Source of the DNA: Octopus vulgaris
Taxonomy: Eukaryota
Length of the DNA: 64,000 nucleotides
Direction: 5' to 3'
Assembly: GCA_951406725.2 (NCBI GenBank)
Contig: OX597831.1
Span: forward strand, 12,462,001 to 12,526,000
Below, in pieces: positions 1-13,039 of this stretch. Every line of letters starts with the position of its first letter. The first letter of the stretch is position 1. The position numbers and the translations under genes are program-made. The notes below the pieces were generated by a model that was given only the letters and a program-made list of their open reading frames with translations, searched no databases and had not been told where the DNA came from.

Positions 1-349
1 CCTCTATTCTATTTTGGTCTAATGCTTGGGCCTTACTGTACCTAACTGATTATGCTTTAATTGCTTTCTTTAGAGCATACCACCATCTCTTGTTGATGAT
101 GGCACCCATCAATGCTCTCTTAACTAATGTGGCACTAAGGTGGGCATCCAGCCATAGAAACTTACCAGCTTACCAGTTCCAGTGAAACCATCTAACCCAT
201 GCTGGCATGCTAGATGATGATGATGATGATGTCAAGGACGATGATTTCAGATATTTTGATTAAAAGCACAGTTAACAAAATAGAGAGTCAATTAGTGTAT
301 TGCATACAAACCAGGAGAAGCCGGTTATTTTACCACAGGTTAATCTACT

Positions 350-582
350 GCCATATATAGCAATTTAGATAACAAGTTCATTGGATAACGGAGAATAAAA
401 GGGCACATTTTCTCTGAAGAGGGGACAATAATATCTGAAACAATATCTTGTAAAAGATTCCGGGTCACTTTCATGATTACTTAAGAGAATACTAAGGTGT
501 TTATACATCAATCGTAATTTTTCTAATGAAAGCCTTCCAAATAAATAACTGTGGATACTTCGATATTCTATATATTTCAGAT
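350..582 (+). mobile_element. Putative Penelope-like/HHR-bearing element fragment with decayed hammerhead core
   Basis: CTGAAGA (414-420), then GGGGACAATAATATCT (poorly paired stem II), then GAAAC (437-441). Abuts a compound microsatellite. Stems I and III are not convincing. Confidence 0.35.
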
Positions 583-628
583 ACACACACACACATATCT
601 ATATCAATATACATATCTCTCCCTCTCC

Positions 629-707
<79 letters not shown>

Positions 708-728
708 CATATATACATATATATACAT

Positions 729-779
<51 letters not shown>

Positions 780-800
780 TATATATATATACGTGTGTAT
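583..800. repeat. Compound microsatellite (CA)n/(CT)n/(TA)n
   Basis: Directly visible dinucleotide runs. They explain the overlapping low-complexity ORFs at 501-921. Confidence 0.97.
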
Positions 801-2789
801 GCATATATATACCCACATACGCACAATATTACTGATTGAATTGTTACTGACAATTATAGAGTATAAAACTCCATTACAAAGACTCACATCAATAGTAAGC
901 AAATTTAACAAATGGCCATAAAAATTCCCAGTGCAAATATGGCTATTTGCTATTAGTGTTATTATATTAAATGTCAGGAGTTTATGACATTTGAGAGCTT
1001 ATTATGTCAACTACTCTCAATATCGTTCAGTGTTACTCCTTTAAGTTCCATGAGAAGTGAATTTAATTTAATAGCTCAGAAGTTACACAAAGAACATAAA
1101 AAGTATTGGCATGGGACATCATTAGTTATGACTAATATATATATATATATATATATATACATTATACATATATATATATAAAGATATCAAGGCATCTCTA
1201 AGTAGTTAGTCAACTTGCTAGAAATGGCAACCAAATCTAAATCACACCCTGCTTTCTTACACAAGGAAAAAACATGAAAGGAAAAAACATACCACAAGGA
1301 AAAAACATACCATAGAAAGACAAAGTAGTCAAAAACTAAATTGCCTCTAATCATAGGTTTGCTACATCTGAGCTGATTTTGAGCTTAATAACAATTAAAA
1401 TGAAATTTGGAATGGAATTGAGATTTTAGTTTAATTAAGTCTTAAATTATTAAAAAATTATATTTCTTTTTTACTGGTTTCTGTTACTGTAACAGGTTCA
1501 TATATGAGGCTGAAGTGAAGAATGTCGAGCAATTCACTCCTCCTCACCACCAGACCTAACTAATACTATTAGTATATTGAGTTCTAACCACCCGTTATTC
1601 ATACCATTATGGCTGAGTGGTTGTGTGTATGTGTATATGTGAATGGAGTTATATGCATCAAAGTTAAGCAGAGAAAGAGCTAATGTTTACATTTATGAAG
1701 CAGCTGATCTGTTTGCCAAAGTATATCTTTGCTCATGAGAGCAGGAGCAAAAGATCTCACTTCTACACATTTAACACAGTTACACTTTTATAGGCAAGCC
1801 CAAAGAAATCCATTTTTTTTTTACTTCTTTTGTCTTTTCACCATCCCTCAAATCCATGTTTTCTTTATTTCTCCATGTCTGCTTCTTGCCTCTTTCTGTT
1901 CTTTCAAATTTTGCTATCATCCATTCATCCTTCAAATATCATTCTTTAAATCCTTTATCACCCCCTTCCACTCCATAACCATATACTTCACCTTATCACT
2001 CTAGCTACTGACTTCTTCTCTAACATGTTAACAGTCAGTTGTTAAACTCAAAAGACCAAAACCTAGAATAACTTCATCATGCTTAGTTCTCACACACTGA
2101 AAACTATGGTAATTTATTCTAGATAGCCACACCCATATGCAATATACATTCATGGCGCTTGGCATTTATAATAGTAGCTGTTTGTGATAACAATGGCATT
2201 TATTGCACAATATTTCTTAGTCATGTGTATAAATCACACAACTCTCTTTAATTTGAGTTGTATTAAAAAACAAAGTACAATTACAACTTAAGCATGAGGA
2301 AGTATTAGTGGCTAACATCCTAAAATTTAGTTAGCTGTCAAGCTAACTTTTATTCCTTTCAGGTTACTTAATAGGTTGTACCAAAGAAGATCTAAAATTC
2401 TTTAAGCATTCTAGATTTTATCAGGAAATGCTGAATGTGCTTTTCTAAGTACAGATAAGAGTGGAAAAAGTTAATTGAGAATTGAAAATCTTAACATTTT
2501 GCCAAAAGGTAATTAGATTTTTTGTTTACGTCTTTCCCCACTTATTTTTTAATTGTTTCATAACTTCAAATAAAATTAGTTTTATGTTCTTTACAGTTTT
2601 TCAAATCAGGATTTTGTTTGGAAAATTTCCTAACATTACAATATGTTTCCTTTTTCCACTTTCTTTCTGGGATTTATTTTTTAAATGAATTTAAATGCTA
2701 AATGAAAATAAAACTTATGTCTCTATACAAACAGAGTATATTTCTTTCATAGTGTTATTTCTGCAACATGCATAGACTCATACATAAAC

Positions 2790-2841
2790 ACATACATACA
2801 CATGTGTATATGCACATACATATATAAATACACACACACAT

Positions 2842-2887
<46 letters not shown>

Positions 2888-2931
2888 ATATGTATATATA
2901 TATATATCAATATGTATATATATATATATCA

Positions 2932-2979
<48 letters not shown>

Positions 2980-3070
2980 TATATATGAATATACAAAGAT
3001 ATATATACATTTATAAATATGTATACATGCATATGTAATCAATCCCATATACAAGCAAACACACACACAC

Positions 3071-3102
<32 letters not shown>

Positions 3103-3105
3103 TAT
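2790..3105. repeat. (TA)n-rich compound microsatellite
   Basis: (TA)n tracts with repeated TCAATATG interruptions and CA runs. Confidence 0.95.
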
Positions 3106-4010
3106 AGCCCTGGGACAACCAATATCATGAGGGAATTTAGTTGGTGGAAGCTGCAGAAGTCTGCAAGACTGACTTGGGGGCTAAGCAAAAATAATTTTTG
3201 CATAAACACGCACTCCCATACATAGAGATAAAATTAAAGAAGTGGTTAGTATACTGTGATGAATAGCTAAATAACTATAAAACTGGTTAAGTTGATCCAC
3301 ATCTCAGGCTGCCAAGGAAAAAAGAAAAAACAATAAAACTCATTCCATCATGGGAACTAATTTAATAAGATAACTCAGTGTATATGGATAGGAGTCTATA
3401 TATTTATAAAAATACAGGGCAAGTTGTGTTTATTTTAACAAATTTTATTTTTAAGTCATAGCTTCATATGAAATGCATATTTCCAATTTTAGACTAGGCC
3501 AAGAGACATATGTATAGCTAAAGAACACAAAGGTTTTTTACATTTCATAGCCATATGCAAATGTAAATATAAGACAGGCTGTGTCCTAGAAAGCTAAAAA
3601 ATCAATTTACCTGCATTACTTATGAAATAATCAGCATTTAGCGAAAATATTCAGCAGAAAAAGATATCAAGGTGAAAGTAGATCAGGAAAGAAAGTAGAA
3701 CATAAAAATAAATAAATAAATGAAGAAAGAAAGAAAGTAAAAGGAAAATTAAGAGCAATTGTATATTTAAGATAAGACTAGTGTTTTAGATACTCTGTAG
3801 GGTAAGATAGAGAAAATGAATGTAGGTGGAGTCAATAGCTGATGCCAAAACTAATTAAGGAAAGCCTGCTAACATTATAGGAAGGAAGAACTGGCTACAG
3901 ATGGTGCAAGAAAAGAGGCAATAAGTTTAATCAGGGAAAACAAAACAAGCTGAAGAGAAGATAGGCAATAAAAACATATAATCTTAACTCAATGGTCATA
4001 AAACAACTAG

Positions 4011-4071
<61 letters not shown>

Positions 4072-4700
4072 GGTGTATTAAGCCAGGCACTATTATAGTT
4101 GAATTCCTTTGACAGAAAAGTTTTGAAAAGAGATTTGGCGGATATTACAAAGAGATTCTCTATTTCTGGTTTTCCTCATGTATCACCATCTGCTTCCTCT
4201 CAGTAAATAAAAATCAGAGAAATCAAAATAGGAAAGCAGTTATTTACAAACAACATGAAACCTTTTAGTTGTTTATAGTAAATATAAGCCAGAAGCATAC
4301 AAGGAAGTGAAATATCCCCCACATGACTAGTAATCCAAATCAAAAGAGATATGAACAGCAAAGCTATATAAATTCAATGCCATATTTGTCTACTTAGGTT
4401 TGTAATTTGAATGTTTTGACAAGTTGGAATCATAATTTTCATACACTTGTTTTTCTTTTCTTTTCGTTTTTTATTATAATCCAAATTAAAGTCTTAAAGT
4501 CTGAATAATTTTATACAGTGAAAATTACATCAAAGGAAACAGTCTTACACATAAATAATAACACTAATAATAATAATAATAATAATAATAATTGTTTCTA
4601 ATGTAGGTACTCAGTTTGAGGTGGGGTGGTGGTTAGTCAATACCACGGATTGGTACTTTTCTCTGATATTCTAAGAATTCTGCCAGCTCACTGTCCTTAC

Positions 4701-4733
<33 letters not shown>

Positions 4734-4959
4734 CATAATAAAAATAATAATAATAATGTCATGTGCTGTTTATCTTGATATGAGATCACCATGTCGCACA
4801 CATATGGTTGTGATGCATGTGCCTAGTGTACCCTTATCAGACGGGAAGTCATGATGGGTATACTGGGCTTCGTATATTTTACCCCAGTGTCACTTTGATG
4901 GCATGCACTGCTCTCTCACTCAATAGTAATAATAATAATAATGATAATGATAATAATAA

Positions 4960-5175
4960 TCCTTTCTATTATAAGAACAAGGCCTGAAGTTTTAGGGAGG
5001 TGGACTAGTCCATTATATCGACTGCAGTGTTTCATTGGTACTTATTTTATCAACCCTGGAAGGAAGAAAAGGAAAGTCAACCTCAGTGGAACTTGAACTC
5101 AGGATGTAGCGATGAGCGAATTACTGCTAAGCATTACACCCGGTGTGCTCATGATTCTGCCAGCTCACTGCCTTA
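4960..5175 (-). mobile_element. tRNA-derived SINE family A copy (related copies near 6.4, 11.1, 13.5, 13.8, 15.85, 16.1, 20.35, 24.06, 25.5, 27.6, 32.1, 38.65, 43.6, 50.7 kb)
   Basis: Recurrent ~210-bp unit with box-B-like GAGTTCAA.TTCC and conserved block GACTTTGCCTTTCATCCTTTCGGGGTCGAT...GTACCAG. Usually flanked by (ATT)n. Confidence 0.85.
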
Positions 5176-5264
5176 ATAATAATAATAATAGTAGTAGTGG
5201 TAGTAGTATTGGAAGGAAGGCAAAAAGTAAACATAGAATCCTCTTACATATGAGATAGTAATAG

Positions 5265-5500
5265 TAATGCCAATTATGATTGGGTCCTCAGGGAGAGCAT
5301 CAGAGGAATATAAGGGAAATCACAACCGAGGGCCCTGTAGTGATGTTACAAAAGGTCTGCCTCCTTGGCATGGTCACAATCACCAGGAATGGATTAGAGA
5401 GTTGAAAAGGACAGATATCATGGTACTGTAGGATGCAGGTAGCAAGCCTGCCACACAAGCAGTACAACAAGAATTCCAGCAAAACCTGAGTTAAAAGAAT
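5265..5500 (+). mobile_element. 3' fragment of R4/Dong-like non-LTR retrotransposon
   Basis: 5343-5405 translates MLQKVCLLGMVTITRNGLES*, matching the C-termini of the other two REL fragments (LQKTVLLQTARILRRVL; LQKVALLGTAHILRKVL). Followed by an (AAT)n tail. Confidence 0.6.
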
Positions 5501-5524
5501 GATAATAATAATAACAATAAAAGA

Positions 5525-6350
5525 GACAGATTCAAAAGAGGAAAGCATTACTCATCTAATAAAGGGAATGTAGCATGCTGGCACAGAAAGAATATAAGAA
5601 AAGACAGGAGAATCTAGGGAGAGTAATCCACTGAGTGTCATGTAGAAAGCTAGGATTTGAACATACTGATAAATACTAGAAAGTAAGAAATATAAGATGT
5701 TGTGGGACTTCAACATTCAGATTGACTGAGTAATAGAAGCTAGACAGCCTGATTTGGTAGTACAATAATCCTTCGACTATCATGGGCGTTATGTTCCAAA
5801 ACCCACTGCGATAGGTGAAAATCTACAAAGTACAAACAGTACTGTACTGTATATTTTTTTAATTTATTTTTATAATTTGTATATATTTATTTTATTATAG
5901 ATGCAAAACAACACCATGGAGGAATTGACATAAGCTTGAATAATAAACTGCAAAAGGTGAACCGCGATATGGTGAAGGATTACTGTAGTAGATAAAGAGA
6001 ATAGAAAGAGCCAGATAATTGACTTTAGAGTCCCAAATGATGAGAAATCAATATGAGATGTATAGAAAAAATAGCAAAGTACCAGGAACTAACCATTGAA
6101 TTACAGAGACTATGGAAAGTATGGGTAAAATGTATCCCAGTAGTTATAGATGCATTGGGAACTATTCCTAAAGATCTGAACAGATGGATAGAGGAAACAT
6201 GCAAAGAACGGAGTTTAGTGCAGCTGCAGAAAACAGTTTTATTACAGACAGCCAGGATACTTAGGAGGGTTCTTGGCAGCTAAGCTTATTCGTAGCCTGA
6301 TGTTAGAAGTTTTTCTTTTCCAACAGTCTAATCTGTTGTGTGTATATGAA
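5525..6350 (+). mobile_element. 5'-truncated R4/Dong-like non-LTR retrotransposon (post-CCHC region plus REL endonuclease), decayed
   Basis: Translates ESITHL...LAQKEYKKR, WDFNIQID*VIEARQPDLVV[MITE]VDKENRKSQIIDFRVPND, and EKIAKYQEL...IPVVIDALGTIP...ILRRVLGS*. This is the RPD/D/K-KY pattern of REL endonucleases. (AAT)n on both sides. Confidence 0.85.
5763..5985. mobile_element. Tc1/mariner-pogo-type MITE nested in the REL element
   Basis: TA duplications at 5761-5762 and 5986-5987. Imperfect TIRs CAATAATCCTTC / GAAGGATTACTG. Removing it restores the frame PDLVVVDKEN. Confidence 0.85.
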
Positions 6351-6609
6351 TAATAATAATTAATAATAATAATAATAATAATAACGATAATGATAATAAT
6401 AATAATTCTAATTTTGGCACAAAGCCAGCAGTTTTGAGAGAAGTGAATTAGTCATTATCATTGACCCCCAAGTAATTTATTCTATTGACCCCAGAAGGAT
6501 GGAAAGCAACATTAACCTCAGGGGGATTTGAACTCAGAAAATAAAGAGCCAAAGAAAATACCACAAGGCATTTTTCCAACACTAATGGTTCTGCCAATTT
6601 AAAGCCCTT

Positions 6610-6641
<32 letters not shown>

Positions 6642-8563
6642 GATGATGATGACTGTTTCATGTATCTGTCACCTAAGCCCATTCATACATGCAAGAGAAA
6701 ATGGAAAGAAGATGGACATAATTACAAATGCAAGGGGATCAATAAGACAGGGTAATATAAAAATAAGGGAATGAGTGAGGATGTTATAAAGAATATAAAT
6801 TAAAGAAAACATACAATAAAAACACTAACAAAAATTTGATGCATGATTTAAAAGCATGAAACACAGATTGGGTAACCAACCCACACATAAATGAGAATCC
6901 ATAAAAAAAGAAAAACCCCACGAAATTGGCTGCTTGCCATACCTTGAAGCTGGTATAATTGAAACTTCCTTTGTGTATTTGGTGTCAGACTTAGCAAAAA
7001 AAATCTTCCATGTTCTCTAGTTAGTTGCAATTTAGTTGATCATAGATTATTAATGTGCTTTTCACTAGCAGTCTATCATTTGAGTGTCCACAAAATGAAA
7101 GCCCATCTCCTCATCAATCATTAACCCTATTAGTCAAGTTTATCGGTTCTTCATTTTTTTACTTTTTAATTAGATACTATGAATTTTACATGGGGAGAGG
7201 TAGACTCTCCTTCTCTTAAGGGGGGTGATCATTTTTTATAGCTTTCTCTCTCAGGCTTTTCATGCAACTTCCAGCAGCCTACCACCTCTACATGCTTTTT
7301 TTTCTTTTCTTTTGTCAGAATGTGATTTTGTCAGTACTTTGAACTGAGAAGGAGAAATCTCTTCCAACACTTCCGAGCTGTACTGGTGGCGCCCCAAGAA
7401 CAACACCTCCAGAGTTCTGCTGTTTTGTTTTCTTTTACCCAGTTTACCCAACATTTTCGTGCAGGAAACCCTTAGATGATCTTTATTGCTTCATATGTAA
7501 CTGCTGCTTTCTAATTTAGGCGCAAAACCAATAAATCTGATGGGTGGAGATTTGTCGACACAAGGTGGACTTTCCATTACAGTATTTTTAGAAATAACAG
7601 ACCCTCCACATTCTGAGTTTCAATTACTTTTCCTTTTCAAACCAACGATGAAGCCTGTATTCAGTCATTTGAACTGTTAGAAATATCAGTCTTAGGTAGG
7701 TGACAATTTGAGTAAGGAATCTGGCTGCTGTTTTTAACAAGTGAAGTATGCCATGTAGATGCTTCTATGCTGGTTTGTATTTTTAATTAGCTTTTAAGTG
7801 TTGATAGAAAACTATCATAATTTCAAAAATATATTCAGTAAAATTGCAAACCATGTATAGTAACAAAGTAAACATTATTTATAAAATTTAAATAAGCAGG
7901 AAAAAAAAAAATTATAAAAACAAACTGAAAAAAAAGCATCGATTTTCACAAATAGGCAAACACAAGTGATTAATGCTAAACATATATCATAAAAGTGTTT
8001 ACATTGAAGAGAATTTATTTAAAAAGTACAAAGAAAACTAGCAATAATTCAGTTTGCTTTCAAACTTTGTCTTCTTTCTGTCTTGTACATCTGAAGATAT
8101 TAAAGGAATTTTCTTTGGTGTCTAAATCTATCAAAGCTAGTTGTAAGAAATTTTACTAACGTGACTTGTGAACAAATTTTTAATTCTATTCCCTTTCCTT
8201 TTAACATTTACCAAACTAAAACATAGAAGAAAATGTGAAATTGAGAAACAATGCATGGAATAAATAAAGTTGTATGAAATTTGGTAAGATTATACTAAGT
8301 AACCATTTGTTGTTGATGCTGTTGTTAAATCCCAGGTTAGTTCTGATTGAGCAGATTTATGTACAAAGGTGTGTTCTACATCTAAGTAAACTTAGAGGTC
8401 ATAAAACACTGCTGTATCTCTACTTTCTCTCTTTTCCCTGAAGAAAGACTCCAAAATGTTGGGCTTTCCACTTCTCAAAGCAAGTTCACTGTACTCGTTT
8501 TACCAAAATTGCAGTACAATGTCTTGCCAGTACAGACTGACACCAGCCTGTTCGGAATCTGTT

Positions 8564-9327
8564 GGAGTGGCTGTGTGGTAAGTAGCTTGCTTACCATGGT
8601 TACTGGTTCAGTCCCACTGCATGGAACCTTGGGCAAGTGTTTTCTACTATAGCCTCGGGCCAACCAAAGCCTTGTGAGTGGATTTGGCTGACGAAAACTG
8701 AAAGAAGCTCGTCATATATATATATATATATATATCCAAACATGAAAACACAAAGAGAAAATACAACAACGTGAGGATGTGGAACAAGTATAGTGTTATT
8801 GGACGCTCAGGAAAGGAAAGAAAGAAGGAGGATTTAACATTTCGAGCGGAGCTCTTCATCAGAAACATAGGAAAAAGAAAGATCCAAGGAAGGGAAGACG
8901 GAGGAAAAAAATCGCTTTTGATACACATATAAAACTACCTGAAATGGTAGTGTCTTCTGGGACTTGACTGATGAAAGAAAGCCAAGAATGACCCGTCTTT
9001 CTGCCTGCCCTTCTAATTGTTGTTTCTTTTGTCCGCCTTTGTATCGCCTATCTGTCTGAATGTTTTATTGCCCTTTATTGATTGCATTTTTGTTCCATTT
9101 ATATATATATATATATATATATATATGCTTGTGTGTCTATGCTTGTTCCCCACTATCGCTTGACAACCGATGTTGGTGTGTTTACATCCCAGTAACTTAG
9201 CAGTTTGGCAAAAGATACTGATAGAATAAGTACTAGGATTACAAAGAATAAGTCCTGGGGTTGATTTGTTTGGCTAAAGGCGCTGCTCTACCATGGCCAC
9301 AGTCAAATGACTGAAACAAATAAAAGA
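8564..9327 (+). mobile_element. tRNA-derived CORE-like SINE family B, interrupted by a nested insert (related copies near 11.3, 12.55, 25.13, 25.76, 44.25, 49.07, 52.75 kb)
   Basis: Head GGAGTGGCTGTGTGGTAAG...GGTTCAGTCCC (box A/B-like), CORE-like ACCTTGGGCAAGTG, internal microsatellite, tail ending GACTGAAACAA.TAAAAGA. Confidence 0.85.
8736..9100 (-). mobile_element. Penelope-like/HHR-bearing fragment inserted into the (TA)n of a SINE
   Basis: Bounded by (TA)n on both sides. Minus strand 8862-8835 reads CUGAUGA-A-GAGC-UCC-GCUC-GAAA-UGUUA (hammerhead core with 4-bp stem II). Confidence 0.6.
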
Positions 9328-9341
9328 ACACACACGCAAAT

Positions 9342-9342
<1 letters not shown>

Positions 9343-9415
<73 letters not shown>
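9343..9415. repeat. (GT)n(GA)n microsatellite
   Basis: Directly visible. Confidence 0.97.
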
Positions 9416-9418
<3 letters not shown>

Positions 9419-10560
9419 TGTCTGTATTTTTGATTGCTCCATTTATAAAAGTATATGGATATTGAAAAGCAAGAGCAATATTAACAATAAAATTTGTCCA
9501 GAAAAAATATAGTTAAGAAAACAAAAAGCAAAAAAAAAACAAAACAACAAAAACATAATCTAATATTTGTTTTAGGCAAGAGCCAAATAAAGATCTTAAG
9601 CTGTAATTGTATCTAGAGTAAATAATACTCAAAATATACATTTTTAACATAAATAGAAGGCTTCTGATAAACAGGAGACAGGGAAACGAGAATGTGCGAT
9701 AGTTGTATTCTCTCAAGTTCATTAGCATTCTAGGTGAAATGAAGCAACTGTTGATGTGAAGAAAAAATTAGGTCACATATTGGTTCATTAAGATATTAAT
9801 TCTATTGTACAGTGCTATTGACAAGACTGTAATGGATCAAATATTTGTTGAAGAGATGATAGAATGATGATAAATTGGTATATCAGTTGAAATTAAATGA
9901 ACTTTAAATCATTTTGCTATCATATTGCTAATGAAAGACACAACCACTATGTTTGAAATTATTGTGAAAATAATCAAGAAACAGCGGGGTTTCAGTAAAA
10001 AATAAATCAATCTATATTAGTTTATATTTGGAATATAACAAAATATTCTTCCACTAAATTATGATGGTGTGCTTTAATTTAAATACGAACCCTTAAAAAA
10101 TCATAAGTTTTGTTGCATGGAACCAGATACCATCTTTGGTGGGTAGGTATTGAAAGAATCAAAATAAAAAAAATGCAAATCAAGCAATTGGGGCAATAAA
10201 AAATAAATAAATAAACACAAAGATAGCTAATAAGATTAGTACAGTTTTAATAGAAAAGGATTATTTTAGAGGTGGTTCTAGGCAAAATATATGGAAATGT
10301 TGAACTTGCTCAATTTCAAAAACCCTCTTTCAGACTACCTGACTGACTGCAGGAACTGCTGGAGTAAAGAGTAAGCACTCATTACAAATACCTTAAAGGA
10401 ATACACAATGGATTTTGTTTTTGTCAAGTTCATGAGACTTCTTTCTGAGAAGACACTTACAAGTCATTGAAGCCATTTCCTTATAGCTGGGAGGAGTTGA
10501 ATGCAATATTGCAAGCCAACAAAATACTCATTAATTTTACAACTCAAATTCTGCCTGCCA

Positions 10561-10618
<58 letters not shown>

Positions 10619-12015
10619 CTGTGACATCTACTTGGAGCTAGGTTAATTAGTCATTGACAATTAAGTGTTTTCACTATGAATACAATACAATTTGGTGAGA
10701 GAAGACACAGACTACTCCACAGCCATCTTGTCATTTTGTCTAATCTATGAATTGTCAAAGTTAATAAAGTTGCATAGAATGTCTCTCAGTATTTGTTCTA
10801 TCTGCATTCTGAGTTCAAATCCTACTGAAGTTACCTTTGCCTTTCCCCCTTCAGGTGAGGAGCTAACATACTAACACATATAGTTACATTCATTTTTCTT
10901 TATTTTGAAATATCATTGAATATATCAAGTAATATTGTTAATATATTAATAATATTAATAATGTATTATTAGTATATTATTAAGTATTAAAGTCTTTCAT
11001 TGTACATTTAAGACAGTCATTGACACTTTTCCACTACATGCAGTTTCATACTTAATAACGGCTTCAAATTTTGGTATAAAGCCAACAATGTTAGGGTGGG
11101 AGAAAATTGAGCACATCAGCCCCAGTGCTCAACTGATATTTATTTTGTGGTCCCAGAAAAGGCTGAAAAGCAAAGTCGACTTTGGTGGAATTTGAACTCA
11201 GAAAGTATAGAACCAGAAGAAATACTGCTAAGCATTTTGTCTGGCATGCTAAGATTTCGCAGAGCTTGCAACCCTGTCTTCATTTAATACTTAATAATAC
11301 AGGATTTTAAATATACCTATATTCCTGTATTCTTTTACTTGTTTCAGTCATGCTGGAGCACCACCTTAAATGGTTTTAGTTGAAGAAATCAACCTCAGGA
11401 CTTATTCTTTGTAAACCTAGTACTTATTCTATTGATCTCCTTTGCTGAACCACTAAATTATGGAGACATAAACACACCAGCATCAGCTGTCAAGTGATGG
11501 TAAGGGTACAAACACTGACACACACACACAAATACATATATATATAAATATATATGACAGGCTTCATTCAGTTTCCTTCTACCAAATCCACTCACAAGGC
11601 TTTGAACCATGAGGTTAGGAAGCAAGCTTCTTACCACACAGCCACACTTAATAAGTCTTTTTTAGAATTGGTTCTTGAAGTACATATAAAGCTATAAATA
11701 ATAGCATGTAAATACCGGGTTGCAAAACCCTTTTGGATAGATGTTGAAGGCTGCTCATGGGACTTGAACCCACATCACTCCAAAACATGATATGTCCACA
11801 TGCTATTATTTATAGTTTTATATGTACTTTAACAATCAAATTCCTAAAAAGAATTTTTCCACTTTCTCTTGAAAGTTTATAAATTCTTATGATGACAACA
11901 GAAATTTGAAATAGATTATATCCAAGAAGTTGGTCATATGACATAGACATGTCCATGGCACATCTATATGAAATGATGAAAATACAATATTAATTAGAAC
12001 AAATTCATTAAAAGC

Positions 12016-12214
12016 ACCATATTTTCCACCATATAAGTTTGAATTTTTCAGGCCAAATTTACAGCCAGAAAAAAAGTAGGTTGACTTATGCACCAAGATG
12101 ACTTTGGAAGTCCAAACATTTCTTGTAGAAAGCAGAAGGATTTAGAAAGATTGTGATGATGTTTGAATGTTTACACTATAGACTAGGTTAACTTGTATGC
12201 TTGGAAATATGGTA
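12016..12214. mobile_element. pogo/Tigger-like MITE (related fragment near 56640-56720)
   Basis: Terminal inverted repeats ACCATATTT(T)CC / GGAAATATGGT. The internal AAATTTTACAGCC..AAAA.GTAGGTTGAC block recurs at ~56.66 kb. Confidence 0.55.
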
Positions 12215-12768
12215 TATCTAGAGTGTAATTTATGTAATACTTTTATATATTCATGTCAATGTTTTAAGGAAGAAGGCAAGAGAGTTTAAAAGAAACATCA
12301 TTGGGATGTATTTGTGAAAAGAAGGTAAACTAGATTTAGCCTTCAATCCTGAAAGAAGCTTCAAATGTCATTAAATAGTTTAGGTAAATATCATCAGTGA
12401 CTGATTATAGGCAAAAAGTAAAAACATTTACAAGTTATGGGGGGAAAAAATCATATAAATAAATCTAAGGAATAGGATTGTAATCAAGAACAAAGATCAA
12501 TGTTCCAGATGAAACTTGGACAATATTCAATTTAGAAACATGAATATATAAGCATGGCTGTGTTGTTCAGAAGTTCGCTTCTTTATAACATGGTTCCAGG
12601 TTCAGTTCCACTGCAAGGCACATTGGGAAAGTGTCTTGACCTACAGCCCTGAACTGACTAAAGCCTTGTGAATGGATGTGATAGAACATAAAAGAAACCA
12701 GTCATATATGTATACATAGATAGATATTTATATGTCCATATATGCTTTATTTAAAAGCAGCAGAAATA

Positions 12769-12823
12769 TAACAAAAGCTGTTACTCAGAGTTTCATGTTC
12801 CCGTTCATCAGATAGTTTTGTTA
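12769..12823 (-). ncRNA. Type I hammerhead ribozyme motif, near intact
   Basis: Minus strand UAACAAAACUAU-CUGAUGA-ACG GGAA CAU-GAAACUC U GAGUA-ACAGCUUUUGUUA: full core, GUA cleavage triplet, stems I-III with one mismatch each in stems I and II. Confidence 0.75.
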
Positions 12824-13039
12824 AAATATGTGTATGTGTGTGTGTGTTTGCATGAGTGAGTTTGTATTTTTTTGGCTACACATATATTTTATGTGGATTG
12901 TTGACAAGGGTTTTCTTAATGGTGTCATTCATTAACATTGTTGATTCTACAAACTTTTAATAACAACTGTGACCTCGGTGAATCAACAAGGGAACTTCTA
13001 TTGCATTACTCATCCTACTGAGATGCATAATTCATGTCA

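Noticed and set aside
501-921. Overlapping 60-136 aa ORFs (also 2802-3225, 14303-14545, 30001-30286, 52170-52424)
   Set aside because: These are translations of dinucleotide microsatellites ([16 protein letters not shown]), not genes.
8968-9002. Plus-strand CTGATGA followed by an AGAAAG/CTTTCT stem
   Set aside because: No GAAA after the stem, so the hammerhead core is incomplete.
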